Source: an uncultured delta proteobacterium (GTDB taxonomy: Bacteria > Desulfobacterota > WTBG01 > CAIYCZ01 > CAIRTM01). Taken from it: 64,000 nucleotides of DNA. The stretch covers positions 32,001 to 96,000 of the forward strand of contig CAWDSQ010000022.1 of assembly GCA_963804955.1 (NCBI GenBank). The letters are read 5' to 3'. The position numbers were made by a program, and so were the translations under genes. Numbering within the stretch: the stretch's first letter is position 1; every line of letters begins with the position of its first letter. Positions 22,251 through 33,003 of this stretch are shown piece by piece. The notes beneath the pieces were generated by a model, which had not been told where the DNA came from, did no database searches, and saw only the letters and a list, made by a program, of their open reading frames with translations.

Positions 22251-23279
22251 ATGCAGCTGCTACGTATAGGGTTCTTAGGTGAATGTTTCTTTTCATTCAT
22301 TCTGGCCATTGGCCTGAGCCTGTATCTCACGCCCATTGTTATTGAGGCTGCCCTGAAATATGATATCGTCGACCGGCCCGACGGTAAGCTGAAAACCCAT
22401 GACCGGCCAACGGCTTACCTTGGAGGTCTTGCCGTCTACCTTGCATTTTTGTTTACCCTGGCCCTCACTTTCGACTTTTCAAGTGACGTGCTTGGCATCC
22501 TGCTTGCCGGATCCATGCTTGTCATGCTGGGCGTGATTGACGATCTGCGGCCCCTGGGTCCCGGGCTGAAACTGATCGGTCAGGCCGTGGCAGTGCTCGT
22601 TCTCATGCGGGCTGGGCTCTATATTAAAATAGCCGTGCTGCCGCCCGGCATTGCTCTTGTGCTCACCTTCTTCTGGCTCATGGCCACCATTAATGCCTTC
22701 AATATCATCGACATCATGGATGGCCTTGCCTCGGGCATTGCCTGCATAGCATCGGCTGTGCTTTTCATTGTGGCGCTTATCAACCGGGAAACCATGATGG
22801 CCATTCTTACCGTAGCACTGTGCGGAGCACTTATCGGCTTTCTGCGCTACAATAAGCGCCCCGCCCGCATTTATCTGGGAGACGCGGGCAGCATGCTTCT
22901 CGGGCTCACGCTGGGCGCCCTTGCCATGATGGGCCACTACTCGGAGCGCAATCACGTGGGCTATTTTGCCCCTCTGCTGATTCTTGGAGTACCCCTGTTC
23001 GACACGGCCTATGTTATGTTTCTTCGCTGGCGCAAAGGCCTATCAGTCATACAAGGCAGTCCTGATCATTTCGCGTTGCGGCTGCGGCGGGCGAACTGCT
23101 CGGTCTGGACAACGGTGCTTCTGTCCTGCTGCGCCGGCTGCGTACTGGGTCTGCTTGGTCTTGCCTGCATGCTCGTGCAAAGCCCTGGTGCAGCCATTGC
23201 CATTTTTGGGGCAACTGTATCGGCGCTGATTGTTTTCGGCATCTGCCTGTCGCGCATTGATATGACCTCGCAGGTGTAA
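22251..23279 (+). CDS. MraY/WecA-family undecaprenyl-phosphate GlcNAc-1-P transferase
   Basis: DRPDGKLKTH, YLGGLA, GVIDD, NAFNIIDIMDGLA, YLGDAGS, PDHF. Confidence 0.9.
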   Translation: MQLLRIGFLGECFFSFILAIGLSLYLTPIVIEAALKYDIVDRPDGKLKTHDRPTAYLGGLAVYLAFLFTLALTFDFSSDVLGILLAGSMLVMLGVIDDLRPLGPGLKLIGQAVAVLVLMRAGLYIKIAVLPPGIALVLTFFWLMATINAFNIIDIMDGLASGIACIASAVLFIVALINRETMMAILTVALCGALIGFLRYNKRPARIYLGDAGSMLLGLTLGALAMMGHYSERNHVGYFAPLLILGVPLFDTAYVMFLRWRKGLSVIQGSPDHFALRLRRANCSVWTTVLLSCCAGCVLGLLGLACMLVQSPGAAIAIFGATVSALIVFGICLSRIDMTSQV

Positions 23280-23284
23280 AACAG

Positions 23285-23956
23285 GTGAAGATAACCGATA
23301 CCATATGGCAGGTGGGCGGCGAGAGCCTGTCGGCAGCAGGGGATGGGGCTGTGTATCTTGCCCTGTTCGGAGCCCAGGCAGCAATCATCGATGCGGGCTG
23401 CGGCCACGGGCATAAAAAAATTGTGGCCAATATAAAACAAATTATCAGCCTGGCAGTGCCGATCAAATATCTTTTTCTCACGCATTGCCACTTTGATCAT
23501 ACCGGCGGCGCCGATGCACTGCGCAGGGAATTTGGCTGCAGCATCGTCGCCCATGAGCAGGATGCCGTTTTTCTTGAAACGGGCGACAGCGAGGTGACGG
23601 CTGCTTCCTGGTATCAGGCTGAGCTCAGGAAATTCAGAATACATCATAAAATTCAAGGAAGCAAAGAAACCTTTTCTGTGGGAAACGGCTCCATAACGGC
23701 CCTGCATGCGCCGGGCCATTCACCGGGGTCAGTGGTGCTGCTCACGGAAAGCCGGGGGGAGAAGGTTCTATTCGGCCAGGATGTCCATGGCCCGCTGCAT
23801 CCGTCGCTTCTGTCCAATCGCGTGGACTATATCTCCTCTCTTGCCATGCTGCTGGGGCTTGAGGCCGATATACTTTGCGAGGGCCATCTCGGCATCTACC
23901 GGGGCAGGGACAATGTGCGCCGGTTTATTCAGTCGTTTATTCCTGTTGCCGGCTAG
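23285..23956 (+). CDS. MBL-fold metallo-hydrolase
   Basis: THCHFDHTGG, PGHSPGS, LCEGH. Confidence 0.88.
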   Translation: MKITDTIWQVGGESLSAAGDGAVYLALFGAQAAIIDAGCGHGHKKIVANIKQIISLAVPIKYLFLTHCHFDHTGGADALRREFGCSIVAHEQDAVFLETGDSEVTAASWYQAELRKFRIHHKIQGSKETFSVGNGSITALHAPGHSPGSVVLLTESRGEKVLFGQDVHGPLHPSLLSNRVDYISSLAMLLGLEADILCEGHLGIYRGRDNVRRFIQSFIPVAG

Positions 23957-24013
23957 AGCTGGGGTCTAAATAGTGTCGCCTTCACACAACTACTTCTGAA
24001 AACACAAACTCGA

Positions 24014-24087
24014 TCCGTTCGCCCCGGGCCTGTCGAAGGGCTGAACGGTCGAATGCACGCAGGGCAACTTTCCGTTCATGGTTCGAA
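24014..24087. repeat. Degenerate REP-like palindromic element (related remnant at 6768-6789, opposite strand)
   Basis: TCCGTTCGCCCCGGGCCTGTCGAAGGG...TCCGTTCATGGTTCGA. The reverse complement of 6768-6789 is TCCGTTCGCCCGAGATGAAGGG. Confidence 0.55.
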
Positions 24088-24112
24088 CCCGTTTTTCTCC
24101 AAGAGCACCCAT

Positions 24113-24156
24113 AAAAAAGCCGGCCCCGCTGTTTTTTAGCAGGGCCGGCTTTCTTT
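24113..24156. terminator. Bidirectional Rho-independent terminator
   Basis: AAAAAAGCCGGCCC...GGGCCGGCTTTCTTT between convergent genes. Confidence 0.8.
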
Positions 24157-24200
24157 GAAGATATTTTCTCCGTAAAGGGAGTATAAACGTACCGATCAGC

Positions 24201-25241
24201 TCAGACTTTCCCCACCATCCGTTTCAGATTATACTCTGCGTGGGATACATATTGGAAGCCGGGAGGAACAACTCTCACGCCTCTGCCGGGAGGAGTTTCG
24301 CTGTCCTTGTTATCAAACAGCTCTGCGATGTGAAAAACAATACCAATATGGTTCTCCGTGCGGCCGTGCTGGAGCATGTGCGGATAGAGGACAGCTTTGC
24401 GGTATTTCTGATAGAGCAGCGTTGTTGCATCCTGATCAGGATTGTTCCAGTGGGTATTGGCTACTATGCCGCGCAGTTCCCAGGTGGGGGCGGCGTTGCT
24501 GGTAAAGCTGTCCAGATAGAGAAAATTTGCCACGGGATTCACCATGGTATTGAGCAGATAGTGGCTTTCCTTGTAGCCGAAGGTCTGTTCAACATCAGTT
24601 TCACCTGTGGTCAGGTCAACAGTCTTGGCATTTTGATTGGAGTAGAGGTCGGTCGAGATAAGCAGCCGGCGGTCCCAGAAATCGGGAGTTCTGAGCAGGT
24701 TTTTTTTCCAGTCCAGAGAATATTCGCCGGGCTCCCCATTAATGGCCTGCTCGTAGACACCAAGATAATAATCAAGATTTTCCGCCTTCGGGGCAATGGT
24801 AACGCTTTTGAACGCGCTGTTGAGATGAAAGTTGCTGTCACCACGGCCTTTTCTGTTGCCATAGGTTGAGATGCCCGGAGTATGATGTCCGCCATTCGGG
24901 GGGGACTTGCCCTCAGAAAAAATTATATCATACCACTTAAACGTATCCTCGACAAACCAGTTGAAAAATTCCTCGCTATACTCGGACAACTCATATTTCT
25001 GCCACCAGCAATCAACCTTAGCCCATATAAGGTTGTCAGTATTGACAAACTTGGCATTGACGACTTTTTGGCGGAAATATTCCTCCGCGGTCCCCGGATT
25101 GACCCAGAACCTCCCCCCGGATACTGTAGAGGGGCTAACGGCGGCACCGGCCTGGCTGGATTTGAATGGGAGCGCCATACCTGCCATGGCAGCTCCGGCC
25201 ATTTTCAGAAACGATCTTCTTTGTATCTTCGTGGTATCCAT
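24201..25241 (-). CDS. Tat-exported protein, possibly a PNPO-like flavin-binding split barrel
   Basis: QRRSFLK twin-arginine motif + hydrophobic core + SQA. Body motifs NPVANFLYLD, WELRGIV, ELFDN loosely recall PNPO-like proteins (function uncertain). Confidence 0.6.
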   Translation of the reverse strand: MDTTKIQRRSFLKMAGAAMAGMALPFKSSQAGAAVSPSTVSGGRFWVNPGTAEEYFRQKVVNAKFVNTDNLIWAKVDCWWQKYELSEYSEEFFNWFVEDTFKWYDIIFSEGKSPPNGGHHTPGISTYGNRKGRGDSNFHLNSAFKSVTIAPKAENLDYYLGVYEQAINGEPGEYSLDWKKNLLRTPDFWDRRLLISTDLYSNQNAKTVDLTTGETDVEQTFGYKESHYLLNTMVNPVANFLYLDSFTSNAAPTWELRGIVANTHWNNPDQDATTLLYQKYRKAVLYPHMLQHGRTENHIGIVFHIAELFDNKDSETPPGRGVRVVPPGFQYVSHAEYNLKRMVGKV

Positions 25242-25468
25242 TGCAACTCCTCCTTTGTTTAAAGTGGTTTACCATTTAAAAAACGGTTGTTGCGGATTGT
25301 TAGCCTCTTTCGGAGGCGGAAGATCAAGGCAGTGAACCATCAGTTTTTTTGTTTTAGAAAATTTTATCCTCCCCTGTCTTAGGTTGCGGACTGCATCACC
25401 CGGCAGCGACCCGGCTGCCCTTGTGCAGACAGCTGCCGCAGATTTTTGCGGTTTGGCCGCCCCCCTGG

Positions 25469-26855
25469 TTAAGAGGTTCTTAAAATGCCTTTGAATGTTT
25501 TAATGGACTCAATGAGTGCCGGAGAATATGCATAATATGCATCAACAAGACCTTCCCCGCCGGGTAGAGACCGTTTGACCGTATCCCTGACTTTTCTCAG
25601 GGGGGCAAGCGCAGGTGATTTTTCTCCCAGCAGATAGGTGAGCACGCAGGGCTTCTTTTTTGGCATCTGGTTTTCATACCAGATCATCTGGTTCTCACCC
25701 ATGCCGGCAAGCACTACATCCAAATCCCCGTCTCCGTCAACATCATTGAGGGAGATATCCCCTGGGAGGGTAATGTTATCATCAAGAACATACTCAGTCC
25801 ACGCCATCTCGCCAGTTCCATCTAAGGCTGAAAACCAGGATATTTTATTAAGAAACAGTCCGGAAACAATCAGCTCATTTTTGCCGTCCCGGTTGATATC
25901 ACCGGTATACATGTCCGTGCCTTCAAAGGTTTCGCTTATGGTGTGCTTTGTCCAGGGATCGCCGCTTTTTCGCGGAGCCTCATACCAGTAAAGGCCGGGT
26001 AACTGAAAAATGCTCACCATCACATCGTTTCTAAAATCGCCGTTTACATCCATAACATTTACATCAAAGGACCTGGTCAGGTTATCATCAATCATGGTCC
26101 TCTCAAATGTGACTTCCCCGTTTTGATAGACCACATCAAGCCAGGATACAGTGCCCTGGTACTCGGGCTTGCCGCCCAGATCAGAATTTATTATTTCCAG
26201 TTTTCTATCACAGTCCATGTTTGCCAGGTAGTTGGAGCTTCCGGTACCTTCAAGCAGCATCCGTTCCCACTGAGCACCTTCCTGCGCAGGGTTTCCGGGA
26301 TTAATATAGACATAGCTGCCTGAGTTGGTGCCGGCAATAATATCCTGCTTCCTGTCCTTATTAACATCCATAGTATACATTTTCATAAACGAAATGTCAG
26401 TTGCCGGCTCTACCTGAAAGCGCTGCCAGTTTTCCTGCGCAGGATCTTCCGGCGCCTTAAACCAGTACACGGTTCCTTCCTGTGTGGTTACACGCCCGGT
26501 GCCGACGATAACATCGAGACCGCCGTCATCATCAATGTCTGCTACCACAATGCCATTGCAGTTGGTGGTAGGATTTACCGCATCACTGGCGCTGATAATA
26601 ATCTTTTTCCACTCTTCACCTGTACTAAGGTTGTTTTGAAACCATGCGACTTCAGAGTCGTATATGGCCGGATGGACATTGGTTGTTGATACAACATCAA
26701 GGTCGCGGTCACCGTCCATATCCGCTACATAGAGATAGATAGGGCTGGTCTGGTCGCCGATACCATGCCGCTCCCAGCCTTCAGCAACCGTTGCACGCGC
26801 AGCCGCCGGCAGACAGGCTAAGATCATAGTTAATAAAACAAATTTTTTTTCTCAT
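25469..26855 (-). CDS. Secreted FG-GAP/VCBS-repeat beta-propeller protein with CFI-box-CTERM-like tail
   Basis: Repeated DxDGDxDLD motifs. Tail KKKPC...LRKVRD...G..LVDAYYAYSP. Probable start 26855 (GGAGG RBS; one extra A in an A-run gives MRKKFVLLTMIL). Confidence 0.8.
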
Positions 26856-27090
26856 TGCACATCCTCCTGTGAGTTCATGGTTCTGCTTAAGGTTTCATAA
26901 TAATAAATCAAAGAAACGCAACCAGGGACAAAGCCCGTAATGTGTCTATTTGAAAAGAAGCTGTTTTTACGGATGGGAGCAGTAGTGATGACAGAAGGAG
27001 CTTCGCCTGCAGATGAGAAAAAAAGAGAAGCCAGTATGTTGTTTTGAGCCGTGCGCATGGGAAGAGACCCGCCTCAGCGGCATACAGTGT

Positions 27091-27145
27091 TTCTAAAGTC
27101 GAATAGTTTTATTGTCTAACTAATGGTTTTATGTAATGATGTCAA
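27091..27145 (-). promoter_or_regulatory. Leftward promoter (-35 TTGACA) with downstream TTCGA-N3-TNGAA box
   Basis: Minus-strand TTGACA starts at 27145. Box TTCGACTTTAGAA starts 42 nt downstream at 27103. Confidence 0.5.
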
Positions 27146-27407
27146 GCGGTTATTTCAAAAATGTTGCGATCTTGTAAGCAGTATCCAGGCAGAGAGCAGT
27201 GGTTTATTGGGTGCCGGGCTTTTTGCCATGCGTTTAGAGCTTGAGTCAATATGGCTAAACTGCTGTCCTGAAAATAGCATGAAACTTATTAACGGACTCT
27301 TTTCTATAATAATCTTACTCTATTGTTTGAGATGACATATAAAAAACACCAAATTTTTTATGAGTATGCCCGCTGCCGAATTTTTAAAAAATATTTTTAA
27401 AAAAAGC

Positions 27408-27462
27408 TTGACAGGAAACCAGCCTCGTATTAATACGATACTTAAAAGGTTCGAAGTTCAAA
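27408..27462 (+). promoter_or_regulatory. Rightward promoter of the redox island with two palindromic sites
   Basis: AT-rich UP-like tract, TTGACA (27408-27413), perfect palindrome TCGTATTAATACGA (27425-27438), and TTCGAAGTTCAAA (27450-27462). Confidence 0.6.
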
Positions 27463-27535
27463 ATATTATTTGGCTTTAACCAGTGTTCCACGCCACGCCG
27501 TCTGTAAAAACTGACGAAGACAGGAGATAAAGACA

Positions 27536-29878
27536 GTGAAGAAGTTTTCAGAACTTATCGTGCGTCACAGGGTAAGTATCCTGATCCTCATCGGTCTGAT
27601 CACAGCCTTTTTTCTGTATGAATGCACACATCTTACCCTGAAGGCCGACTTTAACAGCCTTCTCCCGCAAAAACATCCATTCATAAAAGTTCACAATATG
27701 ATCCGCAATATTTTCGGCGGCGCCAACCAGGTGCTCATCATGGTGCAGGTGCGCAAAGGAGATATTTTCAACCAGAAGACTCTGGAAAAGGTTCAGTGGA
27801 TTACCCGCGAAGCTGAAAAGATACCCGGGGTCGATCCTTACAAAATAAGGTCCCTGGCTTCATCAAAGCTTAAAGATTTTAAATTCAGCGCAGGGTCAAT
27901 GGCCATCAATACGCTCATGTTCCCCGATCTGCCCAAAAACGACCAGGAGATGCAGGAGCTGAAGGACAAGATTTTCAGCAATCCGCGATACTATGGGCAG
28001 TACGTGGCCTATGACAGTAAAAAAACGCTGGTCATGGTTGATTTTTTTGAACAGGACCTTGATTACAATACTATTTTTAAGATGCTGAGCAGCATACGGG
28101 AGCATACTGAAGACGAAAACCACATCATAAGCATTGGCGGTGAGCCCATGCACATGGGCTATGTCTATCAGAGCACGCCGGAGGTGCTGGGTATCATTGC
28201 CGTTACGATATGCGCAGTTATTATCATGCTGTTTGTCTATTATCGAAGCATGCGTGCTGTTATTGCCCCTCTGCTGGCTGCGGCAATAAGCACGGTCTGG
28301 GGTTTGGGCTTTATGGGGCTTATGCGCTATAATCTTGACCCCCTTATTCTGGTGATTCCGTTTTTTCTCGCTCTCATGACCGTGCCCCATGCCATGCAGT
28401 GCATCACCCGGTTTATGGAAGAGTATGAACAAGTAAGAAATATGAAACAAGCGGCAGCTCAGACCATTGAGGCGCTGTTTCTCCCCGGGGTCACCAGTGT
28501 GGTCACTGATGCCCTCGGCATAGCCCTGGTTGCTATCGCGTCCATACCGATTCTTATTGATATTGCCATTACATCGGTATTCTGGTGTATTGCCGCCGCG
28601 ACTATTCTTTCTCTTATTATGACCCCCCTTCTTCTTTCGTTTATTCCTGAAAGCAAACGGCTGCGAAAAGCTTTGGAAGAAAAAATGGAGCACAATCGCA
28701 GTGACTACCGGACAAGATTGCTCTCGGCAATCGGAAACTGGATACCGCAAAAGGGGAAATGGTATATTGTTATTCTTGCCGTTATTATTTCAAGCGTGGG
28801 AATCTTTTATGCCCGGCAGATTCAGATCGGGGATTTCATGCCCGGCTCGTCAATACTCTGGCCTTTTCACCGGTATAATAAAGATGCCTTCAGGATTACA
28901 TTCAGCATACCGCTGCTCAACCCCCTGTATATCATCGTTGAGGGAACTGAAGGCGGTTATATATCCAAGGGGTCTACGCTTCGCGAGATTGACAAATTTC
29001 AGCGCTACATTGCCAAACACGACAGAGTGATGTTCACCTATTCGATTGCAAACAATCTCCCCGGTTTTTTTATGTCGTCCAATGAAGATGACCCCCAGTG
29101 GTGCCATCTGCCCAAGGATGACAGGACATTGAGCTTTATCTGCCGAAGGCTTCTCTATGCCGGCGAGCCCGGCACCTGGGACCGCTATGTGGATATGCAG
29201 GACAAATACGGGAATATCGTTGTGTACTGCAGGGACAAAATGCCCGCAACCGTTCAAAGCATTACAGACTATATAAAAAAATATCTGGAACAGACACCCG
29301 GCCCGCCGGGAGGCAAGTATCTGCTGGCAGGCGGAGCTGTGGGTGTTCAGGCGGGCATTCGCGACGTGATTGCCGATTCGCAGGTGTTAAACCTGGTGCT
29401 GGCGCTTTCAGGAGTATTTCTTTTCTGCGTGCTTGTTTTCAGGTCACTGTGGGCAGGGGTTATTCTCGTTCTGCCACTTACGGTTGCCAATGTCATCACC
29501 TTTGCCCTTATGGGCGCTTTTCATATCGGATTAACGACCAACACGTATCCCATAGCATCCATCGGCATCGGGTTCGGCGTGGACTACGGCATCTATCTGA
29601 TGAGCCGCCTTATTGAGGAGCGGAAAAAAGGATACGTGCTTAACGAGGCAATCCGGCAGGCTCTTACAACAAGCGGCCGGGCAGTTTTTCAGGTTTCGAC
29701 AACCCTGACCGTCGGGCTTCTGCTGTGGATGTTTTCAGCCTTGAAGTTTCAGGCCGAGATGGGCGTGCTGCTGGCGATTCTGCTGCTTCTAAATATGCTC
29801 GGCGCAATTTTTCTTGTGCCGACCCTGATTTGTTTTATAAAGCCGAAATTCCTTATGCGGATACAGAAGGCGGCATAA
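27536..29878 (+). CDS. MMPL/RND-superfamily transporter
   Basis: 780 aa with two repeats of TM + periplasmic loop + 5 TM, FGGANQV, IGIGFGVDYGIY, TSGRAV, LKFQAEMG. Confidence 0.9.
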   Translation: MKKFSELIVRHRVSILILIGLITAFFLYECTHLTLKADFNSLLPQKHPFIKVHNMIRNIFGGANQVLIMVQVRKGDIFNQKTLEKVQWITREAEKIPGVDPYKIRSLASSKLKDFKFSAGSMAINTLMFPDLPKNDQEMQELKDKIFSNPRYYGQYVAYDSKKTLVMVDFFEQDLDYNTIFKMLSSIREHTEDENHIISIGGEPMHMGYVYQSTPEVLGIIAVTICAVIIMLFVYYRSMRAVIAPLLAAAISTVWGLGFMGLMRYNLDPLILVIPFFLALMTVPHAMQCITRFMEEYEQVRNMKQAAAQTIEALFLPGVTSVVTDALGIALVAIASIPILIDIAITSVFWCIAAATILSLIMTPLLLSFIPESKRLRKALEEKMEHNRSDYRTRLLSAIGNWIPQKGKWYIVILAVIISSVGIFYARQIQIGDFMPGSSILWPFHRYNKDAFRITFSIPLLNPLYIIVEGTEGGYISKGSTLREIDKFQRYIAKHDRVMFTYSIANNLPGFFMSSNEDDPQWCHLPKDDRTLSFICRRLLYAGEPGTWDRYVDMQDKYGNIVVYCRDKMPATVQSITDYIKKYLEQTPGPPGGKYLLAGGAVGVQAGIRDVIADSQVLNLVLALSGVFLFCVLVFRSLWAGVILVLPLTVANVITFALMGAFHIGLTTNTYPIASIGIGFGVDYGIYLMSRLIEERKKGYVLNEAIRQALTTSGRAVFQVSTTLTVGLLLWMFSALKFQAEMGVLLAILLLLNMLGAIFLVPTLICFIKPKFLMRIQKAA

Positions 29879-30021
29879 CAGGAAGTGCGCACGATGCGTG
29901 CAGAGGAATGGTACATGCCTATGGCCTTTTTTAATGATCCCAAAATAAACGGGAGCGCCCATGATGTATCGCTCAGGAAGGGTACACAAACAAGGCAACA
30001 CGAGAAAAGGGGGATGATGGT

Positions 30022-31647
30022 ATGAAAGCAAAACAGGTAGTTGTTTTTTCCATGCTGGCGCTTATGGGCGCTTATTTCATTCTGCCCGGATACTGCTTTG
30101 CCTCGCTGATGCTTTTTGATGACAAGCTGCGGGTCAAGGGGTCGGTATATGAATTCGGCATGTACATGACCAAGCTCACGCCGAATGACAAGCAGTACAA
30201 CAATAATAACTGGGGCCTGATGCGGACGAAGGGAACGCTGGAGCTTCTGTACAATGCCTATGAGCAGGGAGATACCAATTTCAACCTGTTCGGCTTTTTT
30301 CAGTATTGGCATGAGTCGTCTTCCGATTTTGACGGGGCAATCAAAGACTCCATGACCTCGCGCTCGCGCCGCCATTACCAGGGGCCCAATGAGCGGGCCG
30401 ACGACTGGATCAATGAGCTGTATGCCGACTTCTATAAAGGGCCCTGGAACATCCGGGTCGGCAAGCAGATCGTTTTCTGGAGCGAAGTTGAGATGGTGCG
30501 CACCATCGACCGGATCAACCCGCTTGACCTGCGGTATACAACACCCGGCATCGACCCCTTTGATGAAATGAAGCTGGGGCTGTGGATGGTGCGGGGCTTT
30601 TACACCTCGGACCTGCCGGGGCAGCTTGTCTTTGAAGGCATCTGGACTCCTGATTTCCAGCGGGTCAGAACACCGCTCGAAGGGACCGCCATGGGCAGCA
30701 ATCCCGGGCCGCAGGGCCCCGAGAAGCTCAGGCCCCGCGCCTACGGCCAGAATGCCGCTATCGACACCATGTTCCGCCATGACATGCCGGATATCAGTTT
30801 GAAAAATACAACGTTTGCCTTCAGGGTCAAGGGCACGTCGCAGCTGCCGTACAACTATCTTTTGGACTGGTCTCTGAGCTGGTATCACGGCATGAACACA
30901 ACGCCGGTTGCCGAGGGCGATACGCTCGGCTATCCCAACTCACTGAACCTTAATACGAACACCTTAAACGGCTATCTGGACAATCTTGCCGTCAGCCGCG
31001 TGTTCGGCGCAAAGCACCTGCCCGGCTTGAACAATAAAGATTTCTGGGACTATAAATATTTTGACGCCGTCGGCGCAAGCGGCCAGACCTTTGTCCCCTG
31101 GCTGAAAGGCGTGCTGCGCGGCGAGGTGTCCTATGAAATCGGGGTGCCCGAAAACAAGGCATTTACAAAAGATATTGACGACAGCCCGTCATACTCAAAG
31201 GTGATAACCGGCACGACGGAACGCGACCAAATCAATGTCGGAATAACTTTTGACCGGCCCCTCAGGTGGGAGTGGCTGCAAAATCAGACCTGGCTGGCCT
31301 CGAGCGGCATTATAGACACCACGGTCGGCTGGTTCGCCCAGCGGCGCCAGGGAGATGTTAAGCGCATACGAAGAACATTCGGCTATTATGACCGGTCAGC
31401 CAGTCAAACTGGACCCTCACTATGCGGGGCAATTTATGGCATAACGAACTGTATCCCTACGGTGCGTTTTCTCTACAATTCAAGAAACTGGGGCTATGGT
31501 GTGGCTGCGCTGCGCTATCAGCCGGGCAAGCATATGCGCTATGAAATGGGTTACACATGGTTTTTCGCCAAAGAACCCTGGGATTCACCGGAAGCATACA
31601 GCGAAAACAAGGATTTTGCCTATTTCAGGATAGGCTATGAATTCTAA
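30022..31647 (+). CDS. DUF1302-like outer-membrane beta-barrel protein
   Basis: Signal peptide, INELYAD...IRVGKQIVFW, DRINPLDLR, terminal RIGYEF. Context between MMPL and DUF1329. Confidence 0.75.
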   Translation: MKAKQVVVFSMLALMGAYFILPGYCFASLMLFDDKLRVKGSVYEFGMYMTKLTPNDKQYNNNNWGLMRTKGTLELLYNAYEQGDTNFNLFGFFQYWHESSSDFDGAIKDSMTSRSRRHYQGPNERADDWINELYADFYKGPWNIRVGKQIVFWSEVEMVRTIDRINPLDLRYTTPGIDPFDEMKLGLWMVRGFYTSDLPGQLVFEGIWTPDFQRVRTPLEGTAMGSNPGPQGPEKLRPRAYGQNAAIDTMFRHDMPDISLKNTTFAFRVKGTSQLPYNYLLDWSLSWYHGMNTTPVAEGDTLGYPNSLNLNTNTLNGYLDNLAVSRVFGAKHLPGLNNKDFWDYKYFDAVGASGQTFVPWLKGVLRGEVSYEIGVPENKAFTKDIDDSPSYSKVITGTTERDQINVGITFDRPLRWEWLQNQTWLASSGIIDTTVGWFAQRRQGDVKRIRRTFGYYDRSASQTGPSLCGAIYGITNCIPTVRFLYNSRNWGYGVAALRYQPGKHMRYEMGYTWFFAKEPWDSPEAYSENKDFAYFRIGYEF

Positions 31648-31663
31648 CACAAAGGAGAAGGTC

Positions 31664-32927
31664 ATGAAAAAAACCGCCGCTCTACTGCCGTATCTTATCG
31701 CCGCGATGCTCTGCTGCAGCCTGCCGTGCAGCGCAGCAGAAGTAAAATTTCCGACCCTCTCCTATGAGGGCGCAGAGCTTGCCAAAGTGAAGGAATGGGA
31801 GAAAACCTGGGCCGGCAAGAAGGTAACAACGGAAAATATTGATCAGGTAAAAGAGTTTCTCCATGAAGCTGTGTACAAGGCGATGAAAGACCCAGCCATT
31901 TTCGGGGCGAAATCTCTCTGGTTCGATATAGTTCCGTACCGGCCCTATGAGGTGTCCAAAGGGCTTATTGAGGCGACACAGAAATATGCCCCTGCAAGCA
32001 AGCTTGACGCAAAAGAAGATCTTGTCGGCTACGGTGATGTTGCAGGCTACCCTTTCCCGCAGCCGAAAACCGGTATTGAAATGGCATGGAATTTTGATTC
32101 CAATACCCGGGGTGACAGCAGCTACCTGTTTCATGGCGGGACAGTTGTTGACTGCAGAACCGGACATGAGCGTGAAGCAGGGCATTTGCGGTGGGAGCTT
32201 TCCTGGCTGGGCCGCTACGACGTGCCGCCGATTCCTAAAATACCGAAACAGCGAAAATACGCGCGACATTGCCCGGTCATTTTTTCAGCGCCATACAGCG
32301 CCTGCCGACTTTGTTGATACCACCATGCTTGAGATCAGATATAAGGATAACCGGGAAGAGGATCTCTGGGTGTATACGGCCATGTTCAGGCGCGTACGGC
32401 GCTATGCCACCAGCCAGCGGACGGACACGATCGACGGCACGGACATGATCTATGACGATCAGGAAGGATGGTACACGCATCCTACCCGCAACACCTACAC
32501 TGCCAAAGGCAGGGCCGATCTGCTGGTGGGCAGGCATCAGGACCCGAAAAACGTGCAGCGCGAGCACGGCCAGGGATTCTGGAACGGCTTTCAGAGAGAG
32601 CGGGTCAACCACTGGGTTGTTGAGGTAATCAATAAGGACCCGAGCTACATTTACAGCAAGCAGCTATGGTATCTGGATCCCGAGACATGGCAGATGAATT
32701 TCAAGGTGGTCTACAATCGTCAGGGCGAGCTCTGGAAGATGTATGAAATAACCTATAACGAAGCTCCCTCATATGGCGGGGGCAAAACATCAATGCCCAG
32801 TTCCGAGCATATTGTCGATTTTATCCGCCGCCATGGCAGCCCCGGCAACCGGGAGATAAAGGGTGTGGGCATCACTATTCCCCTGAAGCAGTTTACGACC
32901 AGAGCGCTGCAGGAAAAGTCGTATTAA
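31664..32927 (+). CDS. DUF1329 family periplasmic protein (frameshift near 32250)
   Basis: VTTENIDQVKEFL, GYPFPQPKTGIEMAWN, DLWVY...RRVRR, YSKQLWYLDPETW, YNRQGELWK. Confidence 0.85.
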
Positions 32928-33003
32928 GAGAGCGATGTTTGCAATCTAAATGACGCATAGAAAGTACCACTTACGACGTATGATGAGACCATGGTGAGAG
33001 CTA

